From IMG/VR virus record IMGVR_UViG_3300010049_000011, positions 32,001 through 96,000 of that record: a stretch of 64,000 nt of DNA; one strand, given 5' to 3'. A program made the translations under genes and the position numbers. The notes beneath the pieces were generated by a model, which was given only the letters and a program-made list of their open reading frames with translations, did not search any database and was not told the origin of the DNA. The DNA comes from a virus (taxonomy: Duplodnaviria > Caudoviricetes). This document shows positions 55,137-64,000 of this stretch, piece after piece (positions within the stretch are counted from its first letter, which is position 1; the number at the start of each line of letters is the position of its first letter).

Positions 55137-56753
55137 GTGGTAAGGGTTGAAGCAAGAAGTTGTGAACTGAGATCCGTCTCCCTAAAAGAGGCGGATTTAT
55201 TTTTAATTAACCACCACAGACAGAAGTCGTGCGTAGGACAAGAACATAGATATGGCCTATTTTATAATAAAGATTTAATTGCGGTTATGACGTTCGGAAA
55301 ACCTAGATACAATAGACATTTTCAGTTCGAAATTCTTAGGTTGTGTTTCCGAGAAGGGTACTTAGTGGTCGGCGGCAGCGAGCGGATGTTCGCTAACTTC
55401 TTAAAAGACGTTTCCCCTATTTCTATACTATCTTACTGTGATAAGAGATATTACACAGGGGAAGTCTACAAAAGATTAGGGTTCAACCACTTATACGATT
55501 CTCCTCCTCAGAAGATCTGGTGTAAGGGAGACAAGAAGATAACGTCCAATCTTCTGAGGAGATACGGACCAGATAGACTTATAAGAACCGGGGACGGGAA
55601 AGGGTCTGATAACGAAGAGATTATGTTGAGGGAAGGGTGGGTTCCCGAGGAAGATCTAGGTCAGGGAGTTTGGGTTTGGGAATCTCCGGTTAGAGGGAAA
55701 GTTGGTTACATATGTAGGATAATAAACAAGATAAACAACAGTACTTACGTAGGGCAGAAGTATTGGGGAGAGGAAGGTATAGACCCCACGTACTTAGGGA
55801 GCGGTACTCTAATAAAGAAGGCTGTAGAGAAGTACGGAAAAGACAATTTTAAGGTTGAGTTAATCGAGGAGTGTTATTCTGTTTTTGATCTTAATAGGAA
55901 AGAAATCGAGTACATAGAGTCTGAACGGAAGGTGGGGGGAGCTGAGTATAACATCACCTCCGGAGGGTTCTGGGGGTATGGTGTTGTTTCGGAAGAGACT
56001 AAGAGAATTATCTCCCAAAACAGCAAGAAGATGTGGGAAGATGAGGAATTTAAAGAACACATGACTAAAGTGTTTAAAGACCGTTGGAAGGATCTGGAGT
56101 ATAAGAAGAGGGTAGTAGAGGCTATAGTTGCTTCTCAGAAAACCGAGTCTTACATACAAAAAGCAACCAACTCGGCTAGGGACCGTTGGATCGATCCCGA
56201 GCAGCGGAAGAAGGTATCGGAGGCCGTCAAAGAATACTACGACAAAACCGAAGGATCTAGAGAGAAGTGTTCGGAGATCTCTAAAAAGACGTGGGAAGAT
56301 GAAGAGTTAAGAACTCGACAATCTAACACTTATAAAGAAAAATGGAAAGATCCTAAGTTCAGGGCAGAGAGGATTAAAAAGACTCAAGAAGCGAGAAGTA
56401 CTGAAGAGGCTAAGAAGAAGACATCCCAAGCTTCAATAGAGATGTGGAAGGACCCAGAATTCAGGGAAAGAGAGACGTTGAGAAAGAAAGAATCCGTGAC
56501 TGAAGAATTCCGAGACTTAGTTTCCCAAAACAGCAAGAATCTCTGGAAAGACGAAGAGTATAGAAGAAAACGTAAGGAATCCTTAGATAAATATAGATCC
56601 TCTAGAGAGGGCAAAGAGAAGTGCTCTGCTGTTTCAAAGAAAGTTTGGGTAGACCCAGAGAGAAGGAAGGCAGCGTCGGAGAAGAGAAAGGTCCTGTGGA
56701 AGGACCCAGAATTCAGGGAAAAGATGAGATTAAACTCCGGTTCTAAACCCTAA
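55137..56753 (+). mobile_element. Free-standing endonuclease: Mom/GNAT-like + GIY-YIG + W-repeat tail (paralog of 15946-17508)
   Basis: Shared blocks MTFGKPRYNRHFQ, SILSYCDKRYY, YDSPPQKIW, ITSNLLR, EEIMLREGW, RGKVGYI, DPTY.GSGT. Confidence 0.82.
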
Positions 56754-56758
56754 CTAAC
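56741..56758 (+). promoter_or_regulatory. Putative late promoter overlapping the endonuclease stop codon
   Basis: TTCTAAACCCTAACTAAC upstream of ATG 56778. Confidence 0.6.
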
Positions 56759-56777
56759 TCTCGCTAGGACTTAACGT

Positions 56778-57377
56778 ATGCCGACTAATCAAATTTCTTC
56801 CCAACAGCTGCAACCAGAAGTTCTTCTCTCGCTCGTAACTCAGCTTGGGTCCAATTTCCTACCGACTCAGATAATTTTAGGACAACCAGGGTCCACTCGT
56901 GCCCTTCAAGCTGTCGTTAATACGTATACCTTGTTTAATAAGACTATAAACGGGACTGGAAACGATGTGAACGGCGTAGCATTCAATGGAATAGCATACG
57001 GCGCTAATTATATGGATGTAGCGGAATACTACGTGTCGGATAGAGATTACGCGCCAGGCACGTTGATCAGGTTTGGTGGATCTAAAGAGATCACCCAAAC
57101 AGAACCAGATATGGAAGTACATGGAGTTGTCTCTGAGAAGCCGGGATTGATATTAGGGGAGCCTGGAGAGGGTAAACTGAAGGTTGCGCTCATAGGTCGG
57201 GTTCCCGTCCTATTCGACGGTGCTGAGTGCCCTCCTAAGGGAACTAAGTTGTATAGATCGAGAAGTATCCCTGGAAAGGCATCTACGTCAATCACCGGTA
57301 TTCCTTTCGGGGTAGTCGTCGGAGAAGCTCTCGATTCCAAGGGACGTGTAGAGTGTGTTGTTCGCCTTTCCTTCTAG
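56778..57377 (+). CDS. Small virion protein with DVAEYY (intramolecular-chaperone-like) domain
   Basis: DVAEYY...YAPGTLIRFGGSKEIT...VVSEKPGL...ALIGRVPV, paralogous to the C-terminus of 45208-46860. Confidence 0.7.
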   Translation: MPTNQISSQQLQPEVLLSLVTQLGSNFLPTQIILGQPGSTRALQAVVNTYTLFNKTINGTGNDVNGVAFNGIAYGANYMDVAEYYVSDRDYAPGTLIRFGGSKEITQTEPDMEVHGVVSEKPGLILGEPGEGKLKVALIGRVPVLFDGAECPPKGTKLYRSRSIPGKASTSITGIPFGVVVGEALDSKGRVECVVRLSF

Positions 57378-57418
57378 TCGGTTAGTTAAATTCGCTAATC
57401 TATTGTAAGGAATCTAAT

Positions 57419-57739
57419 ATGTCTGCAAGTCAATATTCTGACTTAACCCCGTTTAATAATACCTTAATCGTTAAAGAAATAGATACCTCAGAGCAAGATC
57501 TCGGGGCCGGTTTGTATTCTCCTCCTTCTTCAGGCAGCGTTGTTGAAGCAGAGGTACTAGCTGTCTCTGAGTTGGTCTACAACGATCGAGAATCGAAGAT
57601 CGTGCCCTCCAACAGTCCTGTGGTTGCTGGAGATATCGTTATTTTTAGTAAGTTCTCGGGGACTGACTACGACTACAACGAATCTAAGTGTAAGTTGATA
57701 AAAATCACAGACATAATGTCCTATAGGAGGAAAATCTAA
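57419..57739 (+). CDS. groES: Co-chaperonin GroES
   Basis: L.P....LIV; GL..P; AEVLAV; V..GD.V.FSKFSGT; LI...DI. Confidence 0.85.
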   Translation: MSASQYSDLTPFNNTLIVKEIDTSEQDLGAGLYSPPSSGSVVEAEVLAVSELVYNDRESKIVPSNSPVVAGDIVIFSKFSGTDYDYNESKCKLIKITDIMSYRRKI

Positions 57740-59373
57740 TGCAGATGGTAGCGACTAAAGTTCTCTTCGGAAAAGAGGCTCAGGATAAACTAATAGAGGG
57801 AATCGAGCTCGTCCATAACGCGGTCTCTTCGACTCTAGGGCCTGGAGGTCGTTGTGTTCCTATTATGGTAAGCAATGCTCTCAACTTTAAGATCAGCAAA
57901 GATGGAGTTAGCGTGGCTAAATGTATCTCCTCTAGAGATGCGGCGGTCAATGTTGGTGTTAGACTGATCAAGCATGCAGCAGAAACCGCAGGTAGAGTGG
58001 GAGACGGAACGACGACAGCTACAGTTCTCGCATACTCTCTAATTAGAGAGGCCCAGAAATATATAGTTCCTGGTACTAACGTAAACTCCTTGACGGAGGG
58101 AATAGATCTCGAACTCACGAGAGTCCTAAACTATCTAGACGATAAGAAAGTTAAGATTGATATAAGCAGCTCTATGCTTGATCATGTGGCGGCAGTTTCT
58201 TGTAATGGAGACATTAAATCTTCTTCGATAGTCGTCGAGGCTATTAGATTCGCCGGAGAAGACGGGTCTGTTGTAGTCGAAAAATGTCCCGAGTACCAAC
58301 ACACACAGATCAAGAAGGTTGAAGGGATGAAATTCGCTAAGGGTTTGTTCTCGTCCAACTTCGTAAACACTCCTGAATCTGGAGAAGCTGTATACGAAGA
58401 TGGTATAATCTTAGTGACGGATAAGTCGATAGTGTCTAAGAACTCCCTCATGCCTTTATTAAGAGAGCTTGCAGGATCTAACACTCCAGTTGCAATAGTC
58501 TGTCCTAAACTGTCTGGAGAGGCCCTCGAGTTTTTATCTTTCAATAGGTTAAAATCAAATCTCCCTGTAGCGGCTATCTTGGCTCCTGGGATTGAGGGGT
58601 CGGAACACCAGAAAGAAATCCTAAAAGACATAGCGGCCTACACAGGAGGAACTTTCATCTCCTCTGAGACAGGGTACTCCAGTATAGAGACTGTTAAGAT
58701 CTCTAATCTAGGGAAATTCCGCAAGATAGTTTCTTCGAGAGGAGATCACCCCGAGACCACCATCCTTGGCACTACAGACTCTACGATACAAGCAGTAAGA
58801 GACGATCGAATACTTCTTCTTAAGTCCCAGAAAGAAGCAGCTACTAATACGTTCGACAAGGAAAGGTTCGCTGAGAGAATCGGTTGCCTTAGCAGCGGAA
58901 TAGCTGTGATCCAGGTTGGAGCTAAAACAGAACAAGAAATCCCTGAGATAAAAGACCGTATAGACGACGCTTTGTGCTCAGTTAGATCGGCTCTGAGAGA
59001 TGGAGTGCTTCCTGGAGGTGGTTCCTCTCTGATCTCTGCAAAAAGTTCTCTCGGGAAACCCTCAGACTCCGATAGGGATGTAGAGAGCGGTAAGATGGTC
59101 CTCTGGAATGCTTTAGAGTCCCCTCTCAGGGTGATAATGGCGAACGTGGGAATATCCTTCGACGAGTATAAGAAGGATCTGCAATCGTGCGACTTTGGTC
59201 TCGGTTATAATGCTAAATCTAAGAAGATGAGTAATCTCATAGAAGATGGAGTTATGGATTCCTTTGGGGTTGTGTCTTCCTCCCTAAAAGCAGCAGTAAG
59301 TACCGCAACGCTTATTCTTAAATCCTCTGCTCTTATATGTCCTGACATAGACATTAGTGGGATTGAGGGGTAG
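57739..59373 (+). CDS. groEL: Chaperonin GroEL
   Basis: TLGPGGR; KDGVSVAK; GDGTTTATVLA; EGM.F..G; KDRIDDAL; GVLPGGG. Confidence 0.95.
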   Translation: MQMVATKVLFGKEAQDKLIEGIELVHNAVSSTLGPGGRCVPIMVSNALNFKISKDGVSVAKCISSRDAAVNVGVRLIKHAAETAGRVGDGTTTATVLAYSLIREAQKYIVPGTNVNSLTEGIDLELTRVLNYLDDKKVKIDISSSMLDHVAAVSCNGDIKSSSIVVEAIRFAGEDGSVVVEKCPEYQHTQIKKVEGMKFAKGLFSSNFVNTPESGEAVYEDGIILVTDKSIVSKNSLMPLLRELAGSNTPVAIVCPKLSGEALEFLSFNRLKSNLPVAAILAPGIEGSEHQKEILKDIAAYTGGTFISSETGYSSIETVKISNLGKFRKIVSSRGDHPETTILGTTDSTIQAVRDDRILLLKSQKEAATNTFDKERFAERIGCLSSGIAVIQVGAKTEQEIPEIKDRIDDALCSVRSALRDGVLPGGGSSLISAKSSLGKPSDSDRDVESGKMVLWNALESPLRVIMANVGISFDEYKKDLQSCDFGLGYNAKSKKMSNLIEDGVMDSFGVVSSSLKAAVSTATLILKSSALICPDIDISGIEG

Positions 59374-59407
59374 AGTTCGCTAGCGAACTTTCTAAATAAT
59401 GCGTAAT
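59374..59407 (+). promoter_or_regulatory. 16-bp palindrome (possible terminator) followed by a late promoter motif
   Basis: AGTTCGCTAGCGAACT then TTCTAAATAATGCGTAAT. Confidence 0.55.
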
Positions 59408-59430
59408 AATCAGTGGTTTTGAGCTAATTT

Positions 59431-60096
59431 ATGGATCACAATAAGAACCTTCGAAGTGAAGTGATAAATAGATCGGCTCTTTACCAATCTGAGCTTAGAG
59501 ACAGAGCAATACGTATGTACGGCATTAAGGTCTCCCATAAGAGGCCTAAAGAAGACCCTAAATATCAGGGCGTGTATACAGACTATGACAACGAGACGGA
59601 ATTTGAGACTAAAGAGGTGTATGTACATCCTCAATTCAAAGAATACTACTCTGTAATAAACGAAGCAGGATATAACGCAGAGGACAACTACCCTCTAACA
59701 GTCTCTATAATGTCTAAGGAATACGTTCCAGAGAACTCGAGATTTATTATAGACAGGCTCGGAGATAACGGCGAGACGTACAATCAAGAATGGAAGGTAC
59801 TGTCGACAGAAGTAAAACAGATCGACGGGACTTATTCAAGGATAGCTTCCTGTGTTCCCGCGAGGACCAACAAAACTCGAACGAGTCGCTTAGGTCTAGT
59901 TGTCGCTCGGTTCGATATCTCTTCAGTAGAGATGCACTCATCTAAGAACGCATCTACAGATAACGTGCAATTAGCTCCGATCGAGGAAAGGTTTATATTT
60001 AATCTTGAGACTGGGGTGCAGAGAACCGACCACAGACTGAGGCCTTTAATGGTTCGGTTCTCGGCCCGCATAAGACAACCATCAATACTAGCATAA
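59431..60096 (+). CDS. Putative head closure / neck protein (T4 gp14-like)
   Basis: Q....D..I.MYG..V...D..Y pattern; location near the portal. Confidence 0.45.
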   Translation: MDHNKNLRSEVINRSALYQSELRDRAIRMYGIKVSHKRPKEDPKYQGVYTDYDNETEFETKEVYVHPQFKEYYSVINEAGYNAEDNYPLTVSIMSKEYVPENSRFIIDRLGDNGETYNQEWKVLSTEVKQIDGTYSRIASCVPARTNKTRTSRLGLVVARFDISSVEMHSSKNASTDNVQLAPIEERFIFNLETGVQRTDHRLRPLMVRFSARIRQPSILA

Positions 60097-60105
60097 GGAA
60101 TTAAT

Positions 60106-60516
60106 ATGTCTGGACTAACAAACACAGCTCGCGATGCTATACTAAATTGGGTCGCTCTAGGGAATTCTGGAGAGTTTCTCCCCCCTAAGAATCTAACGGT
60201 GGGACTTTTCCTCGAGGATCCGACCCCCGGAAACGTGGGGGTGGAGGTATCTACTGAGAATACAGGGTACCAGCGCATGTCTATGTCTTTTATCCCTGGC
60301 CTGAATCCAGGTTCCGTCCGAAACGGGAGTGCGATTATATATCCTCAGGCGACCTCTAACTGGGGTATTGTAAAGTTCGTTGGAGTATTCGGAGTTATAG
60401 ACGATACTAACGTAGAGCAGCTACTCTTTTACACCAACTTAATCTCTCCGACTGAGGTTCCTGTTGGAGCTGTTACGTCGTTTAACCCAGGAAATCTGGA
60501 AATATCTTTGGTCTAA
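60106..60516 (+). CDS. Virion structural protein (fibre-anchoring type)
   Basis: VGLF..DP...EVS...GYQR...N...I.YP.AT..WG.V..VG...F.PG.L.I. Confidence 0.65.
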   Translation: MSGLTNTARDAILNWVALGNSGEFLPPKNLTVGLFLEDPTPGNVGVEVSTENTGYQRMSMSFIPGLNPGSVRNGSAIIYPQATSNWGIVKFVGVFGVIDDTNVEQLLFYTNLISPTEVPVGAVTSFNPGNLEISLV

Positions 60517-60526
60517 GAGGCGTATT

Positions 60527-60673
60527 GTGGATAAACAGAATCTATTAGAGCAGCTTGGAGTGTCCCAGGCCCCTGTTCAAGAACAAATAGTTAAGATAAA
60601 CGAGACAGGTACTCACGTAGCCTACCTGAACGAGGACTCTCAGATGGTTGTTAAAACGATCCTCAACGGTTAA
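60527..60673 (+). CDS. Small putative head-associated peptide
   Basis: GAGG SD, GTG start; LLE, VQE, INE and LNE sites; ends ILNG. Confidence 0.5.
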   Translation: MDKQNLLEQLGVSQAPVQEQIVKINETGTHVAYLNEDSQMVVKTILNG

Positions 60674-60687
60674 GGAAGGATTTAGTT

Positions 60688-61149
60688 TTGAACCCTCTAG
60701 TATTGTCTTATTATGCGTCAGTTAAAAATCTAAGAGATGAAAAACACTCTTACGTTTTCGCATTCAGGTTTTACAACTACATAATCGAGTGCGATGTACC
60801 GTTTGCTAGAGGGGATGTGTTAGAGATAATCTCCCTTGAATGCGGAGATAAGTACAAGAAGATTACTGTAAAAGTTAAGGAAGATTTTCAAGGAGACAGA
60901 AAGACCTTGAAAACATTAATATTTACATCTGTTCGCATGATATATAGTAGGTATAGTTCTTTTGACTTTGTCTCTAGAGATGTGTCTAAGCTAGATCTTT
61001 ACGATAAATCAGAATTTTTAATTAATCACAATCTGTCTGTTGTTTGTGCGGTTTTAGTCGCGGAAGGTAAGCATGTTGCCACCCTGGTGGATAAATACCT
61101 AAAGAACAAGCTACAGTTAAAGTATGACCTTAAATTTATAGAGGTATAA
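60688..61149 (+). CDS. Hypothetical protein
   Basis: AAGGA SD, TTG start; 153 aa. Confidence 0.55.
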   Translation: MNPLVLSYYASVKNLRDEKHSYVFAFRFYNYIIECDVPFARGDVLEIISLECGDKYKKITVKVKEDFQGDRKTLKTLIFTSVRMIYSRYSSFDFVSRDVSKLDLYDKSEFLINHNLSVVCAVLVAEGKHVATLVDKYLKNKLQLKYDLKFIEV

Positions 61150-61151
61150 GT

Positions 61152-62879
61152 ATGTCGAAGATAATAGACCAAATCAGGGGCCTCTCTAAGAGATCTACAA
61201 TAATTGAGGGCCTCTCTTACAATGCTAAATCTAAAACGGCAACCGTAGGGGTAGACAATAAGTACCTCAACAACTTAAAAGAGTTTGCTCGTAGACAAGG
61301 TCTAGACATTAAGACCGATAGGGAAGGTAAATATATAACAATCCCTGGAGGATACTCTAGAGATGAGCAGAACTCCTTTATATCTGATTGGCTTACCTCG
61401 TTCAATCTTCCTGGGACTGAAGTAGTTAAATCTTATTACGACGCTTACGACCTTATGGATTCCAACGTCAGTTTGATAACCTTAGCTCTCGATACTTACG
61501 CAGATGAAGCTCTGTCTGTTGGGTTCCTCGACAACGACCCTCTCAAGATAGAGATATCTGATAAAGAGATTCAGGAGAAAGTAGAGAAGGTACTAGATAT
61601 TAATAAGTACTATAAGAAACAGCGTGGTATAGTTAGATCTCTCGCCAAATACGGGGACATAGGAATCGAGTTACAACCGGAAGGGGTAGTGTCTGAAGAG
61701 CATAGTATTAAGTTAACAACTAGGAGAGCGACTTTAATCACCCCTATCGTGATGGATGACTCAGAAGTAATCTCTTCTTTCAAAATTAAGATGGATCTAA
61801 AGCGTCTGTCGCGCCTCAGGAACTTTACTAAGACACGCTCTGAGAGAGTGGTTCAATCCTACGACTTTGCCTACTATTCCCTTTACGACGAAGAACTGTT
61901 CCCGTACGGTCGGTCTATGCTGTATAACGCCAAACCTATAGCTGACCAGCTTACAACTCTAGAGACTCTTCTGGCTCTTGGCCGCGCTAATAATGTAAAT
62001 CGCTTAATTATTAAGGTTCCCGCTCCTGAAGGAGACGCTGTTGAAGCCTTCGAGAAAGTCTCGCAAGTTAAAGGGATGTATAAAAACACTCTGTTCGACG
62101 AACCTAACCTAGGTCAGAAGGCTGGTAGGAAGATTCCGGGTGTGAACGAGATACTTTGGATGCCTAATACCGAAGGGTTCGATATATCGAACCTAAAAGT
62201 CGATGTTAATATGGCAGACACTGCTGACGTTGACCATTTTGAAAATAAATTAAAAGACGCCACGAGGCTGCCCAAGGGCTTCTTCTCGGGTGATGAAGTA
62301 ACTTCCCGAGGGGGTGCATTAGCCGAACAAGACTTGAAGTTCTCTCGGTTACTCCTCACGCTCCAGGACGCGTATTGTGAGGGAGTAGCTGATCTTGTTC
62401 TCCGAATAATCCTTAAACTGGGATGTGAGATTACAGACGATCTAGAGATTAAAGTCTCCCTAGAGAAACCGATACAGCTCTCTGCAGACATGATCGCTCA
62501 ATTCTCAGATAAGATTAATCTCGCTAAAGAATTCCTCAGCCTGAACTCTGAAATAACGGCAGTTCCAGGGCAGGAATCCCCCAAACCTATGGTGCAATCT
62601 AACGCTTATCAGCTCCTACAGCTTCTCGGTATACCCGAACAGATAGCTAAGTTGGTTACATCTGTGGGTGCCCTCGAAGTTATGCCTAAGGCCCAGGATA
62701 ATTTCCTGCTAGGCCAGAAGGTTGCAATATCTGAAGGTAGTAAGAACGAAAGCAAGAATAAAGACGTAAAGGATTCTGGGTACTCAATAAGAGTCCCGAT
62801 TACATCTTATACTTTAAAGTGTAAGGACACTGCTCCTAAGACTCTGATAGAATCGTGCCGAAATCCTGTAAAGGTCTAG
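61152..62879 (+). CDS. Portal protein (T4 gp20-like)
   Basis: YD.MD...I..ALDTYADEA; R.L.KYGD; PYGRS.L; QL..LE; DV..F..KL..A..LP..F; LA.QD.KFSR...LQ. Confidence 0.9.
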   Translation: MSKIIDQIRGLSKRSTIIEGLSYNAKSKTATVGVDNKYLNNLKEFARRQGLDIKTDREGKYITIPGGYSRDEQNSFISDWLTSFNLPGTEVVKSYYDAYDLMDSNVSLITLALDTYADEALSVGFLDNDPLKIEISDKEIQEKVEKVLDINKYYKKQRGIVRSLAKYGDIGIELQPEGVVSEEHSIKLTTRRATLITPIVMDDSEVISSFKIKMDLKRLSRLRNFTKTRSERVVQSYDFAYYSLYDEELFPYGRSMLYNAKPIADQLTTLETLLALGRANNVNRLIIKVPAPEGDAVEAFEKVSQVKGMYKNTLFDEPNLGQKAGRKIPGVNEILWMPNTEGFDISNLKVDVNMADTADVDHFENKLKDATRLPKGFFSGDEVTSRGGALAEQDLKFSRLLLTLQDAYCEGVADLVLRIILKLGCEITDDLEIKVSLEKPIQLSADMIAQFSDKINLAKEFLSLNSEITAVPGQESPKPMVQSNAYQLLQLLGIPEQIAKLVTSVGALEVMPKAQDNFLLGQKVAISEGSKNESKNKDVKDSGYSIRVPITSYTLKCKDTAPKTLIESCRNPVKV

Positions 62880-62881
62880 GC

Positions 62882-63214
62882 ATGAAGCTTCCGGATCTCT
62901 TTATTCTTAGGTTCAATCCCGACGATAACTTAAACCAGGTTAGTATAGAGGATCCCTTAAACAAACAGAGGTTTAGATATGGGTTCGAACCTTTCTTCTT
63001 CGCTTTAGGGGGGAAATTAACCGAGGACTTAATTGACAAGGTTAAGAGCCTACTGTTTGGGGGAGAGCAAGTAATAATAAACTACGATGCTGGGAAGATC
63101 TACAGAGAGAAGAAGAGCGACACACCTCCCGAACTACAATTCTTCCTAAACGAGATGAAAGAATTTAGAGAAGACATAGATTCTGGAAATAAAAAAGGAG
63201 TTACACAATGGTAA
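62882..63214 (+). CDS. Hypothetical protein
   Basis: ATG 62882 just after the portal stop. Confidence 0.55.
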   Translation: MKLPDLFILRFNPDDNLNQVSIEDPLNKQRFRYGFEPFFFALGGKLTEDLIDKVKSLLFGGEQVIINYDAGKIYREKKSDTPPELQFFLNEMKEFREDIDSGNKKGVTQW

Positions 63215-63504
63215 GGTTGGTACCAACGGCTACTACTAAGACTTTAGTGTTAAACACTAAAACTCTAACAGAGGAGGAGAAGAGAGATTTAGACGCCATC
63301 CTCAGGGACGTCTTCTCCTCAGAGAAGGGTAACAAGTTTTACGATAACGTGTCCTACATGAGAGAGAACTCTAAGACGTGGGATTTCTTGTTTCCTGACG
63401 AAACTCCCGCAATATATGTTCCGATTAGAGATATGTTTTATAAACTGGATCCGGACCTACAGTTTCTTATTATGGGATATATAGTCTCTCGTCGGCAGTT
63501 CTAA
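63208..63504 (+). CDS. Hypothetical protein
   Basis: AAGGAG SD; 98 aa. Confidence 0.6.
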   Translation: MVRLVPTATTKTLVLNTKTLTEEEKRDLDAILRDVFSSEKGNKFYDNVSYMRENSKTWDFLFPDETPAIYVPIRDMFYKLDPDLQFLIMGYIVSRRQF

Positions 63505-63516
63505 ATCCTAGGATAT
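63499..63516 (+). promoter_or_regulatory. Putative late promoter
   Basis: TTCTAAATCCTAGGATAT followed by CTCTATTATGT, as at 5106-5138. Confidence 0.65.
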
Positions 63517-63554
63517 TCCCTCTATTATGTCGTTCTCTCTAGGTATATACATCA

Positions 63555-64000
63555 GTGTCTAAAGAAATTCTCATCGAATCCAGTGGATTCTCTGTAGGTC
63601 TATCTGACTTCGAGTCCTCTAAATCCCTAGTCGAATCTGTTGACGGAAATAAGCCCTTCCTAATAAAGAGGGTGCCTTGTTCTATACTCAATAAAAACAC
63701 TCTCAATGGTAGGTTTTATTCCACAGACGTTGTTAAAGCGTCTTTAATAAAAGCTGTTGAGGCTATGAAAGCTAAACGCCTGATATGCCAGGGGGATGAT
63801 CACCCAGTAAAGACATCTTATGTAAAACCCACACACACCTCGCACGTAGTCGTCAATGCTTGGGTCGAACCTCTTAAGAATAAAAGAGGGGAGACTAACG
63901 ACGTCTTGTTTAACGATTGGTTGATAATCCCTACTGTCGAGGGGGATAATCTTAAAGCGCTTATAACTTCTGGGGTATCTTTTGGTACATCGATCAGAGG
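63555..64000 (+). CDS. Prohead core protease (T4 gp21-like), 3'-truncated; not in the ORF track
   Basis: Hand translation from GTG: MSKEILIES...LVES...NGRFY...GDDHP...SH...IIPTVEG.NLKALI..G..FGTSIRG (catalytic His and Ser motifs). Confidence 0.88.
   Translation, partial: MSKEILIESSGFSVGLSDFESSKSLVESVDGNKPFLIKRVPCSILNKNTLNGRFYSTDVVKASLIKAVEAMKAKRLICQGDDHPVKTSYVKPTHTSHVVVNAWVEPLKNKRGETNDVLFNDWLIIPTVEGDNLKALITSGVSFGTSIR

Noticed and set aside
1-64000. Alternative genetic code and host assignment
   Set aside because: Genes are intact under code 11 with TAA, TAG and TGA all used as stops; nothing in the window identifies the host reliably

Overview
64-kb segment of a large T4-like (myovirus, probably jumbo) phage genome; almost all genes are on the + strand. 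It holds: a 1.3-13.2 kb block of modular, [ILVM]-x-E-rich putative internal head proteins; tail sheath; UvsX/RecA; a thymidine-hypermodification enzyme; terminase; dUTPase; NrdG and a NrdD split in two by a free-standing endonuclease; neck, tail tube and baseplate genes; a DinG-like helicase; endolysin; an early cluster (AP2-like, SprT, MazG, thioredoxin, RNAP alpha-CTD mimic); GroES/GroEL; portal; and the start of a gp21-like prohead protease. No tRNA, rRNA or CRISPR array was seen. The most unusual observations are: (1) the two NrdD halves carry complementary pieces of what looks like a catalytically dead half-intein, a possible non-covalent re-assembly module; (2) a ~0.8 kb non-coding region with about ten minus-strand hairpins built from tandem G.A pairs and GNA loops, next to an AT-rich tract (candidate ssDNA origin or priming element); (3) 'beads-on-a-string' head proteins that the prohead protease could cut into many small cargo domains; (4) four endonucleases sharing a Mom/GNAT-like domain fused to two unrelated nuclease types; (5) a structured ncRNA candidate complementary to a loop in the uvsX leader; (6) a likely +1 frameshift before the tape measure gene. 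All family calls come from motif recognition by eye, with no database search.
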